From an uncultured Alphaproteobacteria bacterium (GTDB lineage Bacteria > Pseudomonadota > Alphaproteobacteria > Rhodobacterales > Rhodobacteraceae): DNA of 64,000 nt. The notes under the pieces are model-generated. The model saw nothing but the letters and a program-made list of their open reading frames with translations, was not told the origin of the DNA and searched no databases. The translations under genes and the position numbers were made by a program. The DNA lies in the NCBI GenBank assembly GCA_902573735.1, contig CACGLH010000006.1, forward strand, positions 13,282 to 77,281, read 5' to 3'. Shown here in pieces: positions 52,944-62,449 of the stretch (the stretch's first letter is position 1; each line of letters starts with the position of its first letter).

Positions 52944-54269
52944 TTGCTTAAAATCTTAGTATATGGTTTTCCCTCTCTACCATTAGCGTCTTTATATTTT
53001 AGTATATACGTCCTATTGGGGGAATTTTATTTTGATAATTATGGTCTTTCACTTTCGATAATTGGTTCAACTTTTATTATTATAAGATTGATTGATGCAT
53101 TTTCTGACCCAATTATGGGTTATATTAGTGATAATTTTATTTCAAAGTACGGAAAAAGAAAACCTTGGGTAATAATAGGTGGTACAATATTTGTTTTTTC
53201 AACTTGGTTTCTATTCGTCCCTATATTTAAATCAGTAGGCTTTAATTACTTCTTTTTTTGGTTATTGATGGCCACAATTGGTTGGACTGTTGCTTATGCT
53301 CCATATTATGCAATGGGGGCTGAGTTAAGTATGGATTATTTGGAAAGAAGTAATGTTACTTTTTGCAGAGAATTGTTTACCATCTTAGGTATAATTATTG
53401 CGTCTTTATTGTATTCAATAAGTTTTGATTTTGAATATAATATTTTCATAAATGGAATAAGTTCCAAAGAGGGTTTAATACAGATATGTATTTTTTCTTC
53501 TCTTGTTTTTTTATTTTCAATGATCCTCTTTTTGTTTCTACACAAAGACAAAAATGAACTTTCAGATAATATAAATAATAATTTTAATATTTTTGAAATC
53601 TTTTCTTCCTTACAAAAACAGAAACTAATGCGAAAGTTACTTTTTTCTCATTTTATCAACGGCCTTGCTAATGGACTACCACCTGCTTTATTTGTTTTCT
53701 TTGTAAACTCAATATTAAATAGTCCTGAAGTAACTGGTTTTTTATTATTTTTATATTTTTTGGGTGCTTTAATGGGAGTTCCCTTGTGGGTTTTTTTAAG
53801 CCGCAAGTACGACAAACATAGGGTTTGGTGTTGTGCAATGATATATGCCTGTTTTATATTTATGTTTGTCCTATTTTTAGAAGAGGGAGATTTAACATTA
53901 TTTATTGTTATTTGTATTTTTAGTGGTTTGGCCTTAAGTGCAGACTTGGCTATTCCAAGTTCGATCCAAGCTGATATTATTGATTTAGAATTTTTAAAAA
54001 CTGGTAAAAGATTAACTGCTCAATTCTTTGCTTTCTGGGGTGTCGTTTCAAAAGCGGCTGTTGCTTTATCAACAGGAATTGCTCTAATTTTACTTGATAT
54101 TGTAGGATTCAAGTCTGGTGATAATAATTCAACATTTGTATTATTTTGGCTTTCTTTTATTTATGGAGGATTACCTATTATTTTAAAAATAGTTTCAATT
54201 TATTTAATGTGGGATTTCAAACTAGACAGAAAAGCTCATGCGGAAATTTTATTAAAATTAAAAAATTAA
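52944..54269 (+). CDS. MFS transporter, GPH (glycoside-pentoside-hexuronide)-like
   Basis: TTG start, 441 aa, about 12 TM helices, and a DAFSDPIMGYISD motif typical of GPH/MFS_2. Confidence 0.7.
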   Translation: MLKILVYGFPSLPLASLYFSIYVLLGEFYFDNYGLSLSIIGSTFIIIRLIDAFSDPIMGYISDNFISKYGKRKPWVIIGGTIFVFSTWFLFVPIFKSVGFNYFFFWLLMATIGWTVAYAPYYAMGAELSMDYLERSNVTFCRELFTILGIIIASLLYSISFDFEYNIFINGISSKEGLIQICIFSSLVFLFSMILFLFLHKDKNELSDNINNNFNIFEIFSSLQKQKLMRKLLFSHFINGLANGLPPALFVFFVNSILNSPEVTGFLLFLYFLGALMGVPLWVFLSRKYDKHRVWCCAMIYACFIFMFVLFLEEGDLTLFIVICIFSGLALSADLAIPSSIQADIIDLEFLKTGKRLTAQFFAFWGVVSKAAVALSTGIALILLDIVGFKSGDNNSTFVLFWLSFIYGGLPIILKIVSIYLMWDFKLDRKAHAEILLKLKN

Positions 54270-54302
54270 AGAATTTAAAATTAAGAATTTTTATGAGTAA
54301 AT

Positions 54303-55148
54303 TCAAAAAAAGTTATCCATTATTCTTTTGGGGATGTATGGCCAAATTTTTTGGCTGTAATCGTTCGTTGGATTATATCTAATTTTGGGGTTTTTAGCTT
54401 CAAGGCTTTTTATTATTACATTTGCTAATTTTTCCATTGGTAACGAATTTTGATCAAATTGCTCAAGAGAGTTCAAAATTCTTTTGAATGGAACTGAATA
54501 TTTGGTTTTACCAAACTTATTTTGTTCTTTTTGTTTTTTTACTGTTTGCCAAATTGGTGTAGAAATAGAACCAGGCGCTACTATTATTACCTTTATTCCA
54601 AAAGGTTTTAATTCTCTCCTAAGAGATTCTGAAAATGCTTCAACGGCATGCTTACTCGCACAATAACCACTCATAAAAGGAGAGCCAATCTTACCTCCTA
54701 AAATACTACTTATATTAACTATTCTACCAGGTTCACCAAGTAAATTATGATCAGTCCCCAACAACGGTAAAAATATCTTCGTACAGAGAAATGTACCTAA
54801 TATTTTTGTATCCATCTGTTTCTTAAAATCACTAGTTGGTAAATATTCAACAGGACCTAAAGTAGCAATTCCTGCATTGTTTATCAATGCAGATAGCGTT
54901 TTATTTCCTAAATGATGTTTTACTTTTTCTTTAGCCTTTAAAACTTGGTTTTCATTGGTCACATCCATTATAAGAGCATTAAAATTTTGACCAAATTCCT
55001 TTTCTAACTCCAATGCATCTTTTTTATTTCTAACAGTCCCAAAAACATTATAGCCTTTTTCAACAAATGATTTACATAAACCTCTTCCTATTCCGCTTGA
55101 GGTTCCAGTAATAACAACAGTACCAGAAAATTTAATCAGACTTTCCAT
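54303..55148 (-). CDS. Short-chain dehydrogenase/reductase
   Basis: TGTSSGIGRG cofactor motif, NNAG, and catalytic YCASKHAVEA. Confidence 0.85.
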   Translation of the reverse strand: MESLIKFSGTVVITGTSSGIGRGLCKSFVEKGYNVFGTVRNKKDALELEKEFGQNFNALIMDVTNENQVLKAKEKVKHHLGNKTLSALINNAGIATLGPVEYLPTSDFKKQMDTKILGTFLCTKIFLPLLGTDHNLLGEPGRIVNISSILGGKIGSPFMSGYCASKHAVEAFSESLRRELKPFGIKVIIVAPGSISTPIWQTVKKQKEQNKFGKTKYSVPFKRILNSLEQFDQNSLPMEKLANVIIKSLEAKNPKIRYNPTNDYSQKIWPYIPKRIMDNFF

Positions 55149-55810
55149 AATGAATGCATGTTACCAACACTTTGTTTAAGTAGGAATTCAGCTTGCGAAC
55201 CACCAGCATAAAATCTACTTCCTAACCATTCTCCATCCTTGCCATAAAGTAATTCTAGGTCGAGGTCTCCACTTATTTTCCAGAGAGTCGCTGGAATTTC
55301 GCCATCAACACTTTTAGCCATATCAGGACCTATTTTATTAGCATTAACAGATAAAGGATCTCCGTCTTGGGTACTGATCCAGATTTTTCTTTTTAGAAAA
55401 TCAGGTGAAAAATAACTAGTTGTTGCAGGATTACCTTTTACTAACCCAGAAAATTTAGACCCCTCAATTTGAAAACCCTTATTTTTTCTTTCTCCTTTTA
55501 CAAATTCAGTTTTTTTACCAATGATAGTTTTTGATTTAATTTTAGTTAAAACTCCAGCTTCCCAAATTTCTTCATTTTTAAGATTATACGAAAAGGCATC
55601 AAAGTTTAAAACTTTTACTGAAATTTTGACTTCAATATTTGCAGTAATTTTTTTTCCTGATCTTTTGAGTTTAATATTAGAAAAACCAACATCTAAACCA
55701 CGCCATATTAAAGAAAAATAAGTGGATGCATTTTCAGCCATTGATACAACGGGATAAAGTCCTGTAAAAATAAAAGAACTAGCTCCAGTTATAAAATTTC
55801 TTTTTTTCAT
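55136..55810 (-). CDS. Secreted beta-rich protein of unknown function
   Basis: 224 aa with a signal-peptide-like N-terminus (cleavage near VSMAEN). 13-nt overlap with the downstream SDR gene. Family not identified with confidence. Confidence 0.5.
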   Translation of the reverse strand: MKKRNFITGASSFIFTGLYPVVSMAENASTYFSLIWRGLDVGFSNIKLKRSGKKITANIEVKISVKVLNFDAFSYNLKNEEIWEAGVLTKIKSKTIIGKKTEFVKGERKNKGFQIEGSKFSGLVKGNPATTSYFSPDFLKRKIWISTQDGDPLSVNANKIGPDMAKSVDGEIPATLWKISGDLDLELLYGKDGEWLGSRFYAGGSQAEFLLKQSVGNMHSLWKV

Positions 55811-55972
55811 TATGATATGGTTAATTGCTATTTTAAGGGATTTTATATATTAGTCTTAAATTAATTGAACTATCATTATTTAACATTATTGTACAGAAAG
55901 ATCATAATTCTTTAATTAAGAGGTATTTATTTAACTCGTTTAAACAAAAATTTTATTGGTGATGAAAAATAT

Positions 55973-58333
55973 ATGTTTATAGACTCAAAAAATTTTTTAT
56001 TTAATTTCTTTTCTATGTTGAAATTTTCATTTTTTATTTGTCTTTTTAACTTATTAACTTCTAATCTCATTTTTGCTAGCGAGGGTATAAGGTCTGAAGT
56101 TGAATATAACCAGATACTTAATATTTCAAAAGAAATTATAGATAGTGAAGCTTCTTCTGAATATTCCCTTAGAATAGTAAGGTCAAATTTAGTTGAGTTA
56201 CGTACTGAATTACTATCGATCGAAAAAAAACAACTCAATATAATAAATAATATCAATGAACAACTGGATGCAGTTGCTTTACCTTCAATCAACGAAGAAT
56301 TTATTTCTGAACCTCTAAAACAATTCAAAGAGAAATTAAATTCTGATCTGGCAAATGCAAGTTTTCCTTTAGCTTATTCAAGATCATTTAGGGAAAAAGC
56401 AGAACAATTTATCACTTCTATTGACCAGATCTTATTAGGTCGTTTTAAGACAAAGCTTTTGTCAAAAGGACCATCTCCTCTAAATATTTTTTCTTGGAAT
56501 GTTACTTGGTCAGATTTAATCAAAATCAAAAATGAAATAATCACACAATTAGATTTTTCAAATATAGCTACAATTTTTGGAAAGAATGTTGCTTTTTTTA
56601 ATCCATTTATACTGATGATAGTCGGTTTATTATTTATTTATTCAAGGTTTTTTTTCAAAAAAAAATTAAAACTATACATTAATCAATCATCTTCTCTCAT
56701 CTCTTCAAATATTTTTTTAGCGCTTGAAAATATAAACCATGTTTTATTCCCTATTTTAGGTTTATTTATATTTTTTGAAGGATTAGAACAGTTACCTTTT
56801 TTTGGTCTTTATCATAATTTATTTATTAGTCATGCATTTATGATAACTTCAATTTTTATTATTTCAAATTGGTTAGTGTTAAGTCTGGCATCAAGGAGTG
56901 TTAGAATTGGCCAGTTTTTTGATTTCAAAGAAACACAGGAGCGATATCTTATAAAGTTAGTAAATAAACTGGCAGTTTTATTTGCAGCCATATTATTCAT
57001 TGATATGTTAAATCTTGGGTTTGTCTTGAGTCAAAAATCAATTGCTAATCTTTATTTTCCTTTAATAATTATGATTTCTATTATTCTATTTTCGTTAAAT
57101 AGAAAAATTACAGATTCTGGTAATTATCAAATTGCTGGCAAAAACTATGGATTTATTATAGTTTTTTTAAACAAATCAATTTTTATACTTACAATATTAA
57201 TACCTTTTTTATCAGTTCTAGGTTTTTTAGAAGCGACATTATATTTAATAAAGTCAATCATCCTTACATTTGGTATCTTAGGAAGCGCTTATGTTTTATT
57301 TAAAGTTTTGGATACTTTTACACAGAGTTTGATAGCTTATTTCTTATCTAAAGAAATTAATTTGGAATTAGAACCTAGGCAGAAATTAAGTTCAAGTATT
57401 TTGTCACTGTTTTTTCTTATAGGATCTTCCCTTTTACTCCTTTTAGTATGGGGTTTTAGTGTAAATAACTTACAAGATTTATGGTTTAAGATTAATGAAG
57501 GTATTCCTTTTGGAAACAGTAATATTACTCCTTCAAGTTTAGTAAAGTTTCTTATAATTTTTTTTATTGGCTACTATTTAACTAAATTATTAAAAAAAAT
57601 AATTAATGAAAAAGTACTTCCATCAACTAAATTAGATACTGGAGGCAAAAACGCTTTATTATCTGGTTTAGGATATATTGGGATTTTTATTGCAGCTTTA
57701 ATTGCTTTGTCCTCTACTGGACTTGATTTATCTAGTTTAGCTATATTGGCGGGTGCTTTATCTGTAGGATTGGGCTTTGGTATGCAAACTATTGTTTCTA
57801 ATTTTGTTTCTGGAATAATAATGCTTATTGAGAGGCCTATTAAAGAGGGAGACTGGATTGAGGTTTCAGGTTTTTCAGGAACGGTTAAAAAAATATCAGT
57901 AAGGTCAACACATATCCAAACATTTAATAAGGCTACTGCTATAATTCCTAATTCAGATATTATATCTAGTTCTGTTGTAAATTGGATGCATGACGAAGTT
58001 GATGGAAGAGTTTCTGTTCCAATAGAGGTTGCTTACGATAGTGATGTAGAGTTAGTTAAAAAAATATTATTAGAAACTGCAAATAGTCATGCAAAAGTAA
58101 TGTCAGAACCCGAGCCGGTTGTTCTATTAAGGGGGTTTGGAGAAAGCGCTATTAAGTTTGAGTTAAGAGCTTTCGTGAACGAAAAATTTAGCTTATTTAT
58201 TCAATCAGATTTAAATTTTGAGGTGCTAAAAAAATTTTCTGATCAAGGAATCGAAATTCCATTTCCAAAAAGGGATATAAATTTGTCATTAAATAAAAAT
58301 GATTTAAAAATTTTAAAAGGAAACGAAAAATGA
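55973..58333 (+). CDS. Mechanosensitive channel, MscK/KefA-like large MscS family
   Basis: 786 aa: signal peptide, periplasmic coiled region, about 11 TM helices and a C-terminal MscS core (GFGMQTIVSNFVSGIIMLIERPIKEGDWIEV). An alternative start at 56015 is possible. Confidence 0.85.
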   Translation: MFIDSKNFLFNFFSMLKFSFFICLFNLLTSNLIFASEGIRSEVEYNQILNISKEIIDSEASSEYSLRIVRSNLVELRTELLSIEKKQLNIINNINEQLDAVALPSINEEFISEPLKQFKEKLNSDLANASFPLAYSRSFREKAEQFITSIDQILLGRFKTKLLSKGPSPLNIFSWNVTWSDLIKIKNEIITQLDFSNIATIFGKNVAFFNPFILMIVGLLFIYSRFFFKKKLKLYINQSSSLISSNIFLALENINHVLFPILGLFIFFEGLEQLPFFGLYHNLFISHAFMITSIFIISNWLVLSLASRSVRIGQFFDFKETQERYLIKLVNKLAVLFAAILFIDMLNLGFVLSQKSIANLYFPLIIMISIILFSLNRKITDSGNYQIAGKNYGFIIVFLNKSIFILTILIPFLSVLGFLEATLYLIKSIILTFGILGSAYVLFKVLDTFTQSLIAYFLSKEINLELEPRQKLSSSILSLFFLIGSSLLLLLVWGFSVNNLQDLWFKINEGIPFGNSNITPSSLVKFLIIFFIGYYLTKLLKKIINEKVLPSTKLDTGGKNALLSGLGYIGIFIAALIALSSTGLDLSSLAILAGALSVGLGFGMQTIVSNFVSGIIMLIERPIKEGDWIEVSGFSGTVKKISVRSTHIQTFNKATAIIPNSDIISSSVVNWMHDEVDGRVSVPIEVAYDSDVELVKKILLETANSHAKVMSEPEPVVLLRGFGESAIKFELRAFVNEKFSLFIQSDLNFEVLKKFSDQGIEIPFPKRDINLSLNKNDLKILKGNEK

Positions 58334-59049
58334 TAACCCATAATTTATTTTGGGAAGATCCTTATAAAAAGCAAGCTAGTTCTTGTTTGGAAACTATTAT
58401 TCAAGAAGAAGGCCTAATTTTTGAAAAATCACTTTTTTATCCTACAAGTGGAGGCCAACCATGTGACCTTGGTATGATAGAGTTTGAAAATTGCTCCTTG
58501 AAGGTAGTTAATGTTAAAAAAACTTCAACAGGTAAAGCCTTAATTGTCCCCAATTTTATTCCTGATAATTTAAAACTAGGTGAACCAGCTAAACAAATTA
58601 TTGACTGGGATCTTAGATATAAGCATATGAGAATGCATACTGCTTTACATCTACTTTCAGTCGTAATACCCCTTCCTGTTACTGGTGGGCAAATAGGAAG
58701 TACTAAAAGTCGGTTAGATTTTAATATGCCCGATGCTATTAGTGATAAACAAATAATTGAAGATAAACTGAATAGCCTAATTGCTAATGATTTATTTACT
58801 GAACAATTGTGGATCACAGAGGAAGAATTAAATACAAAACCCGAACTGGTCAAAACAATGTCTGTTTCTCCTCCTAAAGGTAGCGGTGATATACGACTGA
58901 TTTGTATTAGATCTGAGAAAGATCAGGTCGACTTGCAACCTTGTGGTGGAACTCATATTAAAAATACGAGTGAAATAGGAAAAATTGTAATAGGGAAAAT
59001 TGAGAAAAAAGGTAAAAACAACCGCCGTGTAAATATTCATATTGATTGA
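58330..59049 (+). CDS. alaX: Alanyl-tRNA editing protein, AlaX-like
   Basis: HTALHLL and CGGTH zinc-binding motifs of the Thr/Ala-tRNA synthetase editing (SAD) domain. ATGA overlap with the channel gene. Confidence 0.8.
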   Translation: MITHNLFWEDPYKKQASSCLETIIQEEGLIFEKSLFYPTSGGQPCDLGMIEFENCSLKVVNVKKTSTGKALIVPNFIPDNLKLGEPAKQIIDWDLRYKHMRMHTALHLLSVVIPLPVTGGQIGSTKSRLDFNMPDAISDKQIIEDKLNSLIANDLFTEQLWITEEELNTKPELVKTMSVSPPKGSGDIRLICIRSEKDQVDLQPCGGTHIKNTSEIGKIVIGKIEKKGKNNRRVNIHID

Positions 59050-59100
59050 TAAATATGTTCACTAGACAATATTAAAAAATTTTTTAATAATAACCAAACT

Positions 59101-59190
59101 GGAGAGGTGGCCGAGTGGTCGAAGGCGCACGCCTGGAAAGTGTGTAGGCGGGTAACCGTCTCCAGGGTTCGAATCCCTGTCTCTCCGCCA
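59101..59190 (+). tRNA. tRNA-Ser (anticodon GGA)
   Basis: GGAGAGG acceptor, GCCGAGTGGTCGAAGGC D-arm, anticodon loop CTGGAAA, long variable arm GGCGGGTAACCGTC and T-arm CAGGGTTCGAATCCCTG, with encoded CCA. Confidence 0.95.
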
Positions 59191-59193
59191 CTT
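59168..59193 (+). repeat. Left copy of 26-nt direct repeat (3' end of tRNA-Ser)
   Basis: TTCGAATCCCTGTCTCTCCGCCACTT matches 62450-62475 at 24 of 26 positions. Confidence 0.6.
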
Positions 59194-59390
59194 AACTTAT
59201 TTAAACCATTTTTTAATATGTATTAAATTTTTTATAATAATTTCTATCCACAATACTACCCACAATGAAATAACGCATCACATTAGATTTCAAAACTATA
59301 AACTTTGTGCTGTTTTGTCCCTCTTTAAGAGCAACACTAGAATGGGCATTTGAAATTGAAATATTAACATCTGCTACTTTATCGTTTTTT

Positions 59391-61805
59391 TTATAAGTCA
59401 AAAAATACAGTGTTAAGGTCACTAAGGGATTGCAGATCTACATTTTCTAATTCTATGAGTGAATTGCCCCATTTTATTGTACTTGAATTCTGAATTGTTA
59501 TAGAATTTGGCTCACCTGATTGTATGTAAAACTTTATTTGATCTCCATCGCTCTTATTATAATCCTTTATGGTATCGTTGGCCGATCCTGTAGCAAATTC
59601 AAAAATATCTGCTCCAGTTCCCCCAGTTAAGGTATCATCCCCTAAACCTCCAAAAAGGATGTCATTTCCTTCACCACCATCTAAAATATCATTTCCTGAT
59701 GATGACCAAATGACGTCGTTTCCACTTCCACCATCGATTGTCATATTGTCAGTAAGATTGGTATCAGGAGAAGTAAGATCAACTACATCATCTCCCTCAC
59801 CTGCATTTATTATTTCAATTTAAGTAACTCTACTCGTAAAGTTTTTACCATAAGAATCTTTAGTCAATGATAGCTTGTGATGAAATCTGGCAAACGTATC
59901 GTGCAAGAAGAAAGCGTCTGATCCTGATGAAAGATTTATGGTATCAATGTCATTTCCACCATCTATTACATCTTGGAATTTATTTTTTCCAGTAATTGGA
60001 ATTTTATAAAATATTTTTTTTTCGGAATTTATGTTCCAAGCCTCTCTATCTTGTCCCCAAATACTGTCGACTGTTAAGTTTATTGTGTCGCTCCCTGCCT
60101 CACCGTTAACAACATCGGCTCCTAAGCCTGGTCCAATAATATCATTTCCATCTTTAGCTGAAATAATATCAGAACCTATATCAGCCGTGATGACATCGGC
60201 TTCAGGTGTTCCCAATAGATTTTGCCCTATAGCAAGTACATAATTTTGTTCAGCTCTTACCCCGGCTTTGTCAGTGGCGGATAGTTTAATAGTGTTAGAA
60301 ATTTCAGTAGATGTATCGGGCTGGCCTTGTAGCAGGCCAATATTGGGATCAAACGATAACCAGTCCGGCAGGTCAGTTGAAGCAAGGATTAAAACATCCT
60401 GAAGATCAATATCGGAAGCTTCGAGAGTGTACGTATAATTGTCTCCAGCCATCACATCGGTAACAGCTTCTGATTTTATGGTCGGGGCATCATTGGTATT
60501 GGAGACGGTGATGGTAAAGCTTTGGTTAACAAAAGCCCCTGCCGCATCGGTTGCTTTTATAACGACATTATGGGATCCGACATGAGCATTGGTGGGTGTA
60601 CCTGTCAGAGTTTTATTACTGGCATTAAAAGAAAGCCAGGAGGGTAGTGTGGTTGCACTTAAGGTTAAGGTATCGCCAGCATCAGAATCTGAAGCGGAGA
60701 CGGTATAAGAATAGGCACTATCTTCGGTAGCAGAGGTAATGGGGCTTGAGGAAATGCTCGGAGTATCATTGATATTGGAGACGGTGATGGTAAAGCTTTG
60801 GTTAACAAAAGCCCCTGCCGCATCGGTTGCTTTTATAACGACATTATGGGATCCGACATGAGCATTGGTGGGTGTACCTGTCAGAGTTTTATTACTGGCA
60901 TTAAAAGAAAGCCAGGAGGGTAGTGTGGTTGCACTTAAGGTTAAGGTATCGCCAGCATCAGAATCTGAAGCGGAGACGGTATAAGAATAGGCACTATCTT
61001 CGGTAGCAGAGGTAACGGGGCTTGAGGAAATGCTTGGAGGTTGGTTGTCATCAATACTGCTTGTTATTAAGCCTACTTGATATTGATTACTGATCTCAAA
61101 ATTACCCGCATTATCATAAAATGCTGCAGCAAATGATAATTGTTTCCCAACATGGCTATCAGTTATAGTGATTGAATTTTCATTAGTTAGCTCAGCATAT
61201 ACCCCATCCCAGTACCAAGCTATCGGAATAACCGCTGGCACTCCATTACTGTCAATTACACTTAAAGAAACAGTTATGGTCGATCCAGGATTTAAAGTTC
61301 CTGAGTAAGTTGCATTTAGAAAAGTAGCTGAAAAATTTGTTGTTTGTAGTTCAGCTGTTTTTTCGTAACCAATAGAATATTCAGCAGTATTGAAGGTGGA
61401 TCCCTTAACATATGCCCATACATCTGTTGTTTCTTGTATTGTAAAATCAACGTCTAAAAATGTATTGTAGCTAACTACTTCTCCTACACCATAGAACAGT
61501 TGATTTGTAGTAATACCAAACTCTGATACTGTACCAGAACTAAAGGTATCAAAATCCCAGTTATATTCATCAACATCAAGCTTGTATATTCCTGGAGTTA
61601 GAGAACCTAGACTGTAAAAATCGATATCTGCACTTGTCAGATAATAATTTTGCACAGGAACAGTTGCACCGTAGCCTACATTTAAAATTCCTGGTGCTAA
61701 ATAATAGTTTGATGTAATTGTATATTCTGGCTCAGAAGGAGCATCATAGTCTCCTACACTAGTAAAGACGCCTAGTCTTTCAGAGCTGGAAAAAAAATAA
61801 GCCAT
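59391..61805 (-). pseudogene. Cadherin-like (He_PIG/dystroglycan-type) and RTX calcium-binding repeat surface protein, interrupted by one in-frame TAA at 59820-59822
   Basis: The 661-aa and 117-aa ORFs are in the same frame. The 25 codons between them read IEIINAGEGDDVVDLTSPDTNLTDN without a further stop. There are three ~92-aa SATEDSAYSYTV...LPSWLSF...LTGTPT domains and GGxGxD nonapeptides (GGSGNDVIW, GGEGNDILFGGLGDDTLTGGTGAD). Confidence 0.8.
60481..61044 (-). repeat. Tandem duplication, 2 x 276 bp, inside the cadherin-like gene
   Basis: 60501-60739 is identical to 60777-61015 in my base-by-base comparison (239 nt), and similarity continues with a few mismatches at both ends. One unit encodes one 92-aa domain. 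Confidence 0.9.
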
Positions 61806-62038
61806 AATTTAACTCAAATAGAGTAATTATCGTAATCTTTTTTAATTAACTGTCTATAGAAAATATATGTTTATTTATTTTTATTGAATTTTATTTTAAT
61901 CCGAATAAATTTGGAGAGTCGTGGGCAAAACATATCTAGTGTTGCATAACTTTGCATAATCATACTTTCCCTGCATAACTCTAAATAGCTTGTTTTATTG
62001 AATAACATGGCATACCGCAGCTTTACATCGCTACAGTT

Positions 62039-62066
62039 GTAGGTTCGATTCCTATCGCCCAAACCA
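62039..62066 (+). other. tRNA-like 3' fragment (T-arm, acceptor strand, CCA) without a 5' half
   Basis: Reads GTAGG-TTCGATT-CCTAT-CGCCCAA-A-CCA. No complementary TTGGGCG acceptor strand or anticodon stem can be found upstream. Confidence 0.4.
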
Positions 62067-62167
62067 CTTTTCACTCAACTAAGTAAGCCACCCCTCGCTT
62101 TAACAACAAAAAAGAATTATTATAAAACCCTATATAAGAGGGATCTTTGAAGTTTACTAAAAACAAC

Positions 62168-62293
62168 ATGGTTGGATTTGCGACGAGGTTCGAGGATCAA
62201 TGGGAAGTTGTTCGATGTGGTGCTAAAACTCGATCTGGATCAAAGTGCCAACGCCCAGGATACAAGGTTGATGAAAAAAATTTTATTTTCTAA
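62168..62293 (+). pseudogene. Truncated small ORF with CGAKTRSGSKCQRP motif (possible remnant of an HGGxSTG-type Cys-rich protein)
   Basis: Hand translation gives MVGFATRFEDQWEVVRCGAKTRSGSKCQRPGYKVDEKNFIF*. It is locally GC-richer than the surrounding DNA, and the motif stops before the expected CR.HGG part. Confidence 0.3.
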
Positions 62294-62449
62294 AATATTT
62301 TCTTTTACTTTCCTCTACGTCTTACTTGATGTATACCATGCAAATAACTAGTTACATCTGTAATAATACGAAACCAAATGGGGAAAAAATGAGGGAAAAG
62401 ACGAAAGTCTTCAAAATGAGTTGAATAAAATCAATAGGTTATAAGGTTC

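Noticed and set aside
59213-59422. 69-aa minus-strand ORF between tRNA-Ser and the RTX gene 3' end
   Set aside because: It overlaps the RTX C-terminus by 32 nt in another frame. It has no motif, and the RTX C-terminal region already looks complete. It may be spurious, but I cannot exclude a small islet-encoded protein.
59569-59823. 84-aa plus-strand Pro/Ser-rich ORF, together with 60031-60243
   Set aside because: These are antisense translations of the Gly/Asp-rich RTX repeats and the cadherin-like region. Their composition is the mirror image of the real gene.
60481-61044. Regular repeat that could be mistaken for a CRISPR or satellite array
   Set aside because: The period is 276 bp with no spacers. 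It is in-frame coding sequence for a duplicated protein domain, and no cas genes are in the window.
61871-62074. 67-aa minus-strand ORF
   Set aside because: Its N-terminus (GLGDRNRTYN) is simply the antisense translation of the tRNA-like T-arm/acceptor fragment, and the rest is AT-rich non-coding DNA.
62007-62300. Possibility that the GGTTCGATTCC...CCA element is the acceptor piece of a two-piece (permuted) alphaproteobacterial tmRNA
   Set aside because: The 3' strand CGCCCAA-A-CCA cannot form the G3:U70 alanine-identity acceptor stem (expected ...UCC-A-CCA). No complementary 5' acceptor strand follows, and there is no tag reading frame ending in an ...AA-type degradation signal.
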